Source: Camelus dromedarius (taxonomy: Eukaryota). From it: DNA of 64,000 nucleotides. A program made the position numbers and the translations under genes. The notes under the pieces were generated by a model that was not told the origin of the DNA, ran no database searches, and was given only the letters and a program-made list of their open reading frames with translations. Positions 29,301 through 37,170 of this stretch are shown here, piece after piece; the stretch's first letter is position 1, and each line of letters starts with the position of its first letter. Location of the stretch: positions 80,788,001 to 80,852,000 of the forward strand of contig NC_087437.1 in assembly GCF_036321535.1 (NCBI RefSeq), written 5' to 3'.

Positions 29301-32300
29301 GGCAGAATAAGGGAGTTCCTTCTTGCTCCCAGAGCCAGGTTTCCCAGACTGAGTTCCTTGGAACACTTATTCTGAGATGCAGTTTATGATAACAAGAATT
29401 CTAAGGTCAGTTAAGTTGAGTAGGCCCTGTGTCCTATTCCTCTTAGAGATTCACTGTTATATTAGAATAATATAGGTAGTGAGAAGTTCCACACTGAAGA
29501 AAATTTGATCTATTCTCAAATTTATCAAAATTAACAAAATAACCCATCTCTTGTCCCTTAATACGTATTAATACTCTGCTTCTTATGTTTCAAGGGGAAG
29601 CAGCCTGTCTCTACTGACATTGTATATTAAGAGAATATGTATAAGGACAGGTTAAATTAACATGTTTATCTTTGCTAAGATGGCAAGTCTGAATGGAAGC
29701 AATTCAAGTTCCATGTTGTGTTTTAGGCCATATTAAAGCTCCATAACTTATTGAGGCCACATGTAAAAGTATATAAACTATTGTTTCACCAGTATAAGAA
29801 CATAAATCAAAAAATTTTTGAAAAATGATGTTGGCTTACTTCAGTTGATGAAAAGAACTCTAATATTTGAAATTTTAATTTCATAGTTGTTAGAAATATT
29901 TTAAAGAGTAACTGAGTATTGTAAAGTCATAAACTAGCTTTAATTGTAAAGTCATAAAAATTCATGTTATTTTAGAGTCCTGAGATGAATACATCAGTAC
30001 CAAAGAAAATGTGTAAAAGGTAGGTACATGCTATAATAATACAGTTTTTTTCAGATATTTAGGTTTACTTTCTATGCACATATGTCCATATTGATTTCTT
30101 CTTTTACTTTTCATAGGCCGTGTATTCTCATTCTAGACTCCTTAAAAGCTGCTTCTATACAAAACACAGTTCAGAATTTACGAGAGTAAGTAATGACAAT
30201 TTTACTAAAATCTCAATAATTATTAGGTTACCTTAAGAATTACTGAAAAGATTATGTCAGGAATTATATTTTATTATGTGTTTAGATGAGGCCTATAAAT
30301 AATTAATAATAAATATCACCATTATGTCTTAATCTTCAAGTATTAAAATGTTTCTCAAGGATAAATTAAAAGTAAATTTAGAACTTGTAGTTATAATTGA
30401 ACAAAAGCATAGTTTTACAACAGCATTGCAACTATTAGTGGTTATCAAAAGTAATGCTTTAACAAGAAGTAAGAACTCTTACATTCTTATCATGTGTGTT
30501 TGTAATTTTAAAATTTACTGTAGGATATGGAAAAAGCTACCAACTAAAGTTTAAAAATAATTTGTTAAATTACTTTGTAATATAAGTTATTTATGTATAT
30601 GAGTTATGAAAGTTGAGTTGTTGAAAAAATCTAGCTTTTATTTTGAAACTCAGGTGATTTTCTTTAAAGTAGCACTTTTGAAGCCTCACATATTATAATT
30701 TGTACTGTTAAAGTTTAGTCTGGCAGTGTGTCTGGAGGCAACATATTTGGCAGCAAATGTTTTTTGATCTTTGTGAAAGTGTTACATAATAGTAAAGAAA
30801 TTTCTACTCAAGTCACTCTACTTTTTGATGATTTAAGGTATTTAGAGGTAGAGTGGGAAGTTAAACGAAAAACTCATCGTGAATTCAGCAAAACAAACAT
30901 GGTGGACCTGTGCCCTAAAGTTCCTAAACAAGATAATAGCAGTGATTGTGGGGTATATTTACTTCAATATGTGGAAAGCTTCTTTAAGGTATGTAAAGAT
31001 ATAAATATGTTCTAAATTCACAATTATCAGCATATAATCACAAAATTACTGGGCAAGCAAAGAAGCAGGAAAATGTTACAGGTTATCAGAGGGAGAAAAA
31101 AGGCATAGAACTGCATACAACCCAGATACTGGGATTAGCCAAATAAGAACTTAAAAATTATATGATTAATATGTTAGAGAAAATAGTCAAAGATAAACAA
31201 AATGTGTGAAATGAAATCTGCTAAGAAAAATCAAGTGGGCCGAAAATGCATAATGATATATCTGAAATTAAGAACTTACTGGATGGATTTAACAGTCCAC
31301 TGAATACAGCAGAAGATAGGATTAGGGAATTTAAAAAAAGGACTAAAGGTATCTCACTGTAGCTCAGACAGGGAAAAGAATGTAAAGAAGAGAACAGAGC
31401 ATAAGAGATAAGTGTGATACAGTCAAAAAGTCTAATTTATATGTAATTGGAGTCCCAGGAGGATTGGGGAGTGGGGTGGAGAGACAGAATGAAGCAGATA
31501 CATATTTGAAGAAGAATTTTCAAAACTAAAAACTTGTGTATTCAAGAAGTTGAGAAAACCTTAAACTACATAAGTACAGTGACAAGTATGGGTATTATTA
31601 TCCAGCTTATCAGAGACTCTATAGGAACTGTAGCAACATTTAAAAGAGATATTAAATAGCAAGGGATCACCCTTTGCTTTTTGAGCTGTTAGCTCATTAC
31701 TTCAGTCATTACCAATATTATTTATGGAGATGAGTATAAGGCTTGTTTGGAGAATCCTTAAAGGTGCTTTCAAAGCATAAAGGTTACAGTATGCAGTTAC
31801 AACTTCTTGTATAATTGGGGAGGATTGATAATATATAGTAGACGATGGTACACATTATGAAAAACCATTCAACATGTTACATTGTTATTGTTGTTTTCCT
31901 TTTTTATTCCTACACTGGAACTTCATTATACGGTGACAGTTCTGGTCTTCTAATACTCTTTCCGAAGAGATTTGCTTTTGTTTTTAGGATATCCAAAGTG
32001 CTTTATTACATAACATATTATGAGTCTGTTACATAATTCTACTTTATGTGTAGCTTTAGTCTGTAGAACTTCTAGTGTAGGTTGCAGCACTGTTTAATGA
32101 AGATTCCTTGGTGGAGGGGAATATATTTGTACAAATATATTTGTACACTAATGTGACAGCATAGGTTGAAGAAAATAGATTTCAGGTTGACCACTCAAAA
32201 CCTGTGGAACTTTGTAACTTGACCTTAACAAAAACAGTATTAATTCTAATAAAAATACTTGCAGAGTTAAATCTCCACATTTGCTCCTAGAATCACAGTC

Positions 32301-33166
32301 AGTCCATCACTTCAACTTTATACCCTGGGACTCTTAATTTCTTCTTCAAGATGTAAGTCCTTCTTACATATGGCTTCTAATAGTTTCATCAAATTTATGA
32401 ACATGATCTAGGGGAAGCCTTCTTCAGCAGTTATTTATTCTTTAAAACACAGGCAGAAATGTCTTTGTAGTTGGAACTTGCAACTTCATTGATCAGTTTA
32501 ATACAATGGAAAATGTAGCAGTTCTTGAAGCCATTTAATTGGCTGTTTCTTGCACTAAAAGACGGTACTTCTGCAGGATTTTCTGTTTTTTTATCTGAGA
32601 CTCTTCATTTACTGCTAAGGCTTTCTCTTTTAATAGTTTCAAAATATTAACATTTTGGAAAAAATCGTGTTCAAACCAACTGGACTTCTGCATTGTGCTG
32701 CATTATTCTCTGTTTATCAATTCCGTTTGCACTAATTCATAATTCACTTAAACATGCATTGTAGCAAAACAGATGGTATTTATTTTTGATGTTCAAAAGT
32801 TAGCAATTTAGTGAAATATTCTGAAGTTGATTGTGGTGATGGTTGCACAATTCTGTGAATATACTGAAAATCATTCAACTGAGTAGGAGAATTGTATGGT
32901 ATGTGAATTATATCTCAGTAAAGCTGTTATTTTAATAAGTTAGCAATTTCTCATCTCTTACAAAAATGAAATTAAAACAAATTTGAATTATAATGCTAAA
33001 GTGATTGTATTGTCTTTTCTCTCGTTAGGATCCTATTGTTAACTTTGAACTTCCAATTCATTTGGAGAAATGGTTTCCTCGTCATGTGATAAAGACCAAA
33101 CGGGAAGATATTCGAGAGCTCATTTTGAAACTTCATTTACAGCAACAGAAGGGCAGCAATAGCTAG
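2148..33166 (+). CDS. SENP7: SENP7 sentrin/SUMO-specific protease 7, 3' part (17 coding exons in window; 5' exons lie upstream)
   Basis: Exons joined at GT-AG sites with consistent phases give a continuous reading frame ...[41 protein letters not shown]...[11 protein letters not shown]...ILILDSL...[20 protein letters not shown]...[11 protein letters not shown], matching the SENP7 Peptidase_C48 domain as recalled. Confidence 0.97.
2536..2854 (+). mobile_element. MER2-like Tigger (TcMar) MITE
   Basis: ctgtcattgctcagtatc...gattggttccaggatcc...cttatataaaatggtgtagtatttg...cagagggctgactg; degenerate terminal inverted repeats after a TA. Confidence 0.8.
3433..3515 (+). mobile_element. tRNA-Ala-derived camelid SINE (vic-1 type), short copy
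   Basis: GGGGAGGGTATAGCTCAGTGGTAGAGCGCATGCTTAGC...GGTTCAATCTCC with A and B boxes, A-rich tail. Confidence 0.85.
3833..4172 (+). CDS. SENP7: SENP7 exon ([15 protein letters not shown]...ISGEP)
   Basis: ttcag| acceptor, |gtaagt donor, 340 bp, overlaps ORF 3980..4180. Confidence 0.93.
5009..5166 (+). CDS. SENP7: SENP7 exon (VVSSDEEGP...TCESVQ), includes SIM-like IVVSSDEE
   Basis: ttttag| acceptor, |gtaatt donor, phase fits neighbours. Confidence 0.93.
6135..6281 (+). CDS. SENP7: SENP7 exon (ASSELRPY...KGASKGCVT)
   Basis: ttag| acceptor, |gtaagt donor, 147 bp. Confidence 0.93.
10520..10553 (+). CDS. SENP7: SENP7 34-bp micro-exon ([11 protein letters not shown])
   Basis: long (GTTTT)n tract then tttag| acceptor, |gtaagc donor; needed to keep frame. 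Confidence 0.92.
11478..12597 (-). mobile_element. LINE-1 3' fragment (ORF2 end + 3'UTR)
   Basis: ORF 11975..12208 gives L1 ORF2 C-terminal peptide ([10 protein letters not shown]...KKDTCTLMC); T tail at left. Confidence 0.9.
12990..13470 (-). mobile_element. MaLR LTR remnant (MLT1-like)
   Basis: motifs aagaaatccagaggtag, ctccagccatcatg, ttccaggtaggaag, tagtcatatgaccaca resemble antisense MLT1. Confidence 0.6.
13855..15590 (+). mobile_element. LINE-1 5'-truncated copy (degenerate ORF2 3' part, 3'UTR, A tail)
   Basis: ORF 13914..14114 [11 protein letters not shown]...[14 protein letters not shown] is an L1 ORF2 peptide; many stops and frameshifts. Confidence 0.93.
15590..15812. repeat. purine-rich (A/G) low-complexity tract
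   Basis: direct inspection. Confidence 0.7.
15905..16232 (+). mobile_element. MER5-like hAT-Charlie MITE interrupted by a SINE
   Basis: tcaaactttaatgttcatatgaattacttgga...gattctgattcagtagatctagtgtggggcc...ctcccaggtaatgcc...tttgagtagc. Confidence 0.75.
15990..16118 (-). mobile_element. camelid vic-1-type SINE
   Basis: reverse complement begins GGAGGAGGGTATATAGCTCAGTGGTAGAGCACATGCTTGGC; C-rich body and A tail. Confidence 0.88.
17016..17195 (+). CDS. SENP7: SENP7 exon ([21 protein letters not shown]...LLSQQ)
   Basis: ttcag| acceptor, |gtgagt donor; ORF 17015..17215. Confidence 0.95.
17657..17697. repeat. (TA)n/(TACA)n microsatellite
   Basis: direct inspection. Confidence 0.85.
18438..18700 (+). 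CDS. SENP7: SENP7 exon ([10 protein letters not shown]...KSVSQ)
   Basis: catag| acceptor, |gttagc donor; ORF 18497..18712. Confidence 0.95.
18795..19670 (+). mobile_element. old LINE-1 (L1MC-like) 3' end
   Basis: motifs actttacagtggagaaacatggcagacatcacctt, aacctcaatctaatcatgagaaaatcagac, tgtactatggttatataagatgtt. Confidence 0.7.
20342..20475 (+). CDS. SENP7: SENP7 exon ([11 protein letters not shown]...HTGPVQ)
   Basis: tgtcag| acceptor, |gtatgt donor; ORF 20297..20542. Confidence 0.95.
21873..21989 (+). CDS. SENP7: SENP7 exon, start of catalytic domain ([12 protein letters not shown]...IDFYL)
   Basis: tgaag| acceptor, |gtaagt donor; SENP6/7-type Loop1 PPPP motif. Confidence 0.96.
22700..23640 (-). 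mobile_element. old LINE-1 5' region remnant
   Basis: T-rich antisense L1M 5'/ORF1-like sequence ending gtaaatctggtccctattgttccatcttggctgggagtgaagtc. Confidence 0.55.
25360..25482 (+). CDS. SENP7: SENP7 exon ([10 protein letters not shown]...EDNPNL)
   Basis: tacag| acceptor, |gtaagt donor; FSSFFY motif. Confidence 0.96.
25570..26060 (+). mobile_element. ERVL solo LTR (LTR33-like)
   Basis: GC-richer island ending aaatacatagggtggtgtatgttttcttggtcacacccttactgacata, like an LTR33 3' end. Confidence 0.55.
26737..26829 (+). CDS. SENP7: SENP7 exon ([30 protein letters not shown])
   Basis: tctag| acceptor, |gtaagt donor. Confidence 0.96.
27475..27599 (+). CDS. SENP7: SENP7 exon with catalytic His ([12 protein letters not shown]...DNKTI)
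   Basis: aacag| acceptor, |gtgata donor; His codon 27479-27481. Confidence 0.96.
28599..28651 (+). CDS. SENP7: SENP7 53-bp exon ([17 protein letters not shown])
   Basis: actag| acceptor, |gtaagt donor, phase fits. Confidence 0.92.
29335..29605 (+). mobile_element. hAT-Charlie-type MITE remnant
   Basis: caggtttcccagactgagttccttggaacac...gagattcactgttatattagaataatataggtagtgagaagttcc resembles Charlie4-like elements. Confidence 0.5.
29976..30019 (+). CDS. SENP7: SENP7 44-bp exon ([14 protein letters not shown])
   Basis: tttag| acceptor, |gtaggt donor. Confidence 0.92.
30117..30185 (+). CDS. SENP7: SENP7 exon with catalytic Asp ([22 protein letters not shown])
   Basis: catag| acceptor after a 97-bp intron, |gtaagt donor; Asp codon 30136-30138. 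Confidence 0.96.
30838..30988 (+). CDS. SENP7: SENP7 exon with catalytic Cys (YLEVEWEVK...[21 protein letters not shown])
   Basis: ttaag| acceptor, |gtatgt donor; Cys codon 30947-30949. Confidence 0.97.
31015..31580 (+). mobile_element. old LINE-1 ORF1-region remnant
   Basis: A-rich, ggatggatttaacagt...cagcagaagataggattagggaa...atgtaattggagtcccagga. Confidence 0.65.
31700..32760 (-). mobile_element. fossil Tigger/pogo transposase fragment
   Basis: minus-strand translation with stops/frameshifts: [69 protein letters not shown], in the order of the pogo HTH-DDE motifs; limits approximate. Confidence 0.7.
33029..33166 (+). CDS. SENP7: SENP7 last coding exon ([17 protein letters not shown]...QQQKGSNS*)
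   Basis: gttag| acceptor, TAG stop at 33164-33166. Confidence 0.96.
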   Translation, partial: DPIVNFELPIHLEKWFPRHVIKTKREDIRELILKLHLQQQKGSNS

Positions 33167-34870
33167 TTAATCTGTACAAACATGACACAGATGCTCTATA
33201 CGATTACTGGAAAGCCGCTTACCAGCATTTGTGTTAGCCAGCTCACAGAGAAGAAGATAACTTGTAGTAGTTTTATAAGTCATTGTACATTATTTAAAAT
33301 ATATAAGATATATTATTAGAATTGTCGGGATCGTGTAGATGGGATGGAAATAGGGGTGATATAGAGAAACTTATTAGAAATTAAAATTTCATAAATATTT
33401 GATATTTTTCTGATTAAATATGCTTGGATTATGCAATAGCGTATGTAATGTGGGAATGTTTTTGTAGATAAGAAAACTATGTGATCTGTACTTCCACATA
33501 ACTGGGAGTTGAAGGGAGGTAGGTCCTCCCTGGTGCCAGCCCCAGTGCTTGTCAAATTTGACAAGTCACATTATATTGTAATTCTGTTCTTTGCAACTCA
33601 AGCATGCAGTATGAATACTGTGTATTTTTTTAAAAAGAATTTTAGTATCAAGGCTTCAGAAAATGCCATTTACGGCATCCCTTCTGTATAGTGTAAGAGA
33701 AGACATTATGTTAGGAAGGTAATAAAAATGCACTCTTTCAAAGCGCAGCTTATTTTTCTCAGTTGCTAAATGGAACCGTCACTCTGCTCTAATTGTTATT
33801 TGTTTTCCATTTCTTTTGATGTCATGTGTGGGGATCTGAGAGTTTAGTTCATTCAGAGTGAAATTCGGACACAAAGAATTTAGCTATCCAAAATAGGTTT
33901 TTAAAACTGTATATGTAGTTCAGCTTAGTTTATTTGAGGTATAGCTATATAAAAATTGAATCCTATCCTATTCTGGTACCCAGAATATATGTACACAGTT
34001 TCTTTTAAGTATAGAAGATAAAATTAGTGTTTTCATAACTTTAATTAAAAACTCCTCAAAGTCTTATTTATTGTTAGAGCTAAATATATAATTTTATCGC
34101 TCCACTTACCCACTATTCATCTGCAAAAGCCAGATTGCTCTCATTGCTTTTAAAATTTAAATCATAACTTTTAGAGATCTGTGATCCTCGTGGAGCAGAG
34201 TTTTTATTAAATGTTCAGGTAACAGTTCTGAATTGATGTGATGATGGTGGTATTTCATGTGATTAAACGCTTCACAGCCTCCTTATGCTGTCAGGAATAC
34301 TTTGAGAGGATGATTATATTGTATTTTCTCAGACAATAAAAATGGTTTTTAATTATATTTTAATGTTCTGCTTAAAGCATCTCTTGGATTTACATTCTGT
34401 TTAAAGCATCTCTTGTATGTAGAGCAATGAAGCAAAGGCAATTTAAGATGAGGCTAAAAGTCGGAACATTTTATTTAAAAATTATGTGAATTGAAGTTGT
34501 GAGTTAAGCCTAGTGTCCTTAAGTTTCTGTTAATCCTGTCACCATCTTTATATTGTTAAAGATGTTTGTCCTTTGGAGATTTCTTATAAAGGTGGTTATA
34601 ATTACATATTTCATTCCCAATTTGTGTGTGTGTGGGAGGGGACTTTTTTAGATTACTATTAATTATTTTGTATATCTAATTTTGGGAAAACAAGTATATA
34701 ATACATTTTCTTGTGACTTCTTAACTTCTTTTGTTTGTATGTTTTTCAAAGATACCACTGTCCTTTATCATGTTTTGAAGATTGTTTAAAACTCATTTTC
34801 CTAAATTAATGTGGAAATAATACTTTGAGAATATCAACATTTTATATTAAACATGTTTTTAATTCATTAA
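33167..34870 (+). other. SENP7: SENP7 3'UTR (end approximate)
   Basis: no recognisable interspersed repeat in the AU-rich stretch after the stop; poly(A) hexamers AATAAA 33721-33726, AATAAA 34335-34340, ATTAAA 34846-34851. Confidence 0.6.
34846..34851 (+). terminator. probable distal polyadenylation signal (ATTAAA) of SENP7
   Basis: hexamer followed by T/GT-rich sequence, just before repeat-derived DNA resumes. Confidence 0.45.
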
Positions 34871-35205
34871 ATTGAGGTGTAATTTTTTTCTTAAAAAATG
34901 TAAGCCATTCATAGAGATAAATTTTAAATTGTATTATTCTCAGTGCCATCATATAATTGATGCTTAGATTAATTTTTCTTCCTGTTTTAGCAGACATATA
35001 GTTAATTTGATTGTCAGTCCAGGGAACATTTTTGAGCATCTACTACTAGCAGGCAGCGTACTAGGTAGAAAAAATTGAAGGGCAGCTCTTATTCCTAAGT
35101 CATTTATAGTCTGATGGGAGAAGTGGACGTATGAACAGTTTTAATAGTCCCTGTTAAAAACAATCATAGAGTTTCTTTGGGAGCACAGGAGTGTGTTCAG
35201 CCTGG

Positions 35206-35258
35206 GATGTGTGTGTGTGTGTGTCTGTGTGTGTCTGTGTGTGCGTGCGTGTTTGTGT
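35206..35258. repeat. imperfect (TG)n microsatellite
   Basis: direct inspection. Confidence 0.9.
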
Positions 35259-36349
35259 TAGTGAGAGGTGGTAGATAATAAGAGGGTTGTCAGTGGACAG
35301 GGAAAGCCCTCTTAGAGAAGATAACACTATTTTTGTTTTGCAACACTTGGGGTAAGGAAAGTGGCAGCTCTTTTTTTTTTTATTTTTAAAGTCATAATCC
35401 AATCACTTAACTAGGATTTAGAAGTTGAATACCTCTAAAAATCAGCTTTTTTGTTTTTTTGTTTTTTATTTTAGGGGGAAAAGAGGTCTAGACTTGTCAT
35501 ACAGAGCCCTTTCTAATCTGATTCAAAATTACGTTCTATTCTCATCTTTCCACCATCACCTACTTTTTAGTCACGTAAGATTATTCATTTACACTTTAAT
35601 TACTTTTGGCTTAACTCCAAGCTTAAGCCCTTTCTTAATAGGAAATTATCTTAGGTTTTCCTTCTTTCAATACTATTTCTTTGGAGGAATACTGAGCTAG
35701 AATAAATGTTAGTTGTATTCAATATTTTTTTTTCTATCATGAAAGTGACCTCTAATTGTTGAACTGTCTGGATTGGGAGAACTATGAGTAGACATGCATA
35801 CCCTGAAGGCCTTCTTGACCAGAACATAATACTCTTGGAAAACATGTATCCTTGCTTCCCTCTGTAGTTTCTTGTAACTAAGCTTGTCCTTATGGAAATC
35901 TGGAAACTTTGCCATGGGGCTGTTTAAAGTCATGGTTCTATGTGTATGAGGCTTCTTTATGTTGGAGTGGTCTGTACCCACCCAGGTGGTCTCTTCTCTG
36001 ATAACTGAGTTTGCTGTTTTGGGGACTGGAGAAATCAGGGTCAGGACTATTTAAGATTCTGAAGAGGAATGTGCTTTAGATCTTTACAAAAAAATTTTTT
36101 TTTCACCAGAGAACTTTGCCAGAGATACGTAAGATAGAGATTTATTGCTATTTCATAGTAAATCCTAGCTCCCACGGGGATTGTGACCAATTTTATTTAC
36201 TTTTTACTAGGTTTATTTGATAAAGATAACTGTGAAAAATTTTTATCTGGTCTCCTATTGCGGTAAAGGATATCCTTTCTTGGTTAGGTGTTCCTCATGT
36301 AGATAAACACACTGGGCCTCATGCTTAATAGGAAATTAAGCAACAAAGT

Positions 36350-36502
36350 TATTATCACATAGCTATCATTCATATTGTGTGCTTAGTGTGTGCTAGGTAC
36401 TATTCTAAGTGTTTTCTGTGTGTTAACAAATTTAATCCTCACAACATCTCTATCATGAGTTAGGTTTACTATTGCTATCCTATTTTATAGATAAGGAGAC
36501 AT
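36350..36502 (-). mobile_element. MIR SINE
   Basis: gtgctaggtactattctaagtg...tttaatcctcacaac...attttatagataaggagac is the antisense MIR core. Confidence 0.75.
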
Positions 36503-36779
36503 AGTAGTTTTAGTGAAAGGTGTTCAATTTTTTTTTTAATTAAGGAGGGAAATTTACAAGACAGTAGCTTTCTTACAAAGAGAAACAACTTTGTTTGTAT
36601 GTAGCTCTGTATTTCTGATGTAGATATAGTCATTCTGGCCTTTTTATGCTTACAAATCGTAGTTGTGGAAGAACCCGGAGAATATGTGAATCTGTCAGGT
36701 ATGACTAGCAGATTGAGACAAATTGTAAAACAGTGAGTTACATGTGAAACATTATTTTTAACTGGACGGACTGCTTGTT

Positions 36780-37085
36780 AAAGGCAAGGAGAGTGTTGGT
36801 AAAGAGCTTAGCTGGCTAGATTAGAATAAAGAAATTGTCTCCTCCCATCTGTCCTAATTAGCTTATCTTTCCTGCTTTCAAAGCATGCTGGTCAGTTCAG
36901 AAAAGAAGTGAGAGATACTTTGAAAGGGTACCATTTTTATTTTGCTAATTTATAATGATTTTGGAATGGTTGTCAGTTCTCAAACTTTTAAATGTTAGAC
37001 CTTTTCTGTAACAATTTATTTGAAGGTTCAAATCTTTGGGACTCAGTTAAGGATTTTGGCCTCTCCTCATCTGATTTTGGCTCAA
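36780..37085 (+). promoter_or_regulatory. IMPG2: IMPG2 proximal promoter/5'UTR with photoreceptor homeodomain-type sites
   Basis: CRX/OTX-like CTAATCT (minus, 36818-36824), CTAAGC (minus, 36806-36811), palindromic CTAATTAG 36854-36861, Maf-half-site-like TGCTGGTCAG 36886-36895, all upstream of the ATG. Confidence 0.55.
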
Positions 37086-37170
37086 ATGATTATGTTTCCT
37101 CATTTTGAGAAGATTTATCTGGGTATTTTGATATTTGTCCTGATAGAAGGAAACCTTCCATCATTAACAG
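37086..37170 (+). CDS. IMPG2: IMPG2 coding exon 1 (signal peptide)
   Basis: ATG 37086, hydrophobic LGILIFVLI, |gtattt donor. Confidence 0.94.

Noticed and set aside
29171..29330. 22-nt poly(T) next to a GC-richer stretch, possible antisense retrocopy
   Set aside because: No minus-strand poly(A) signal at the proper distance, no TSD and no recognisable parent gene
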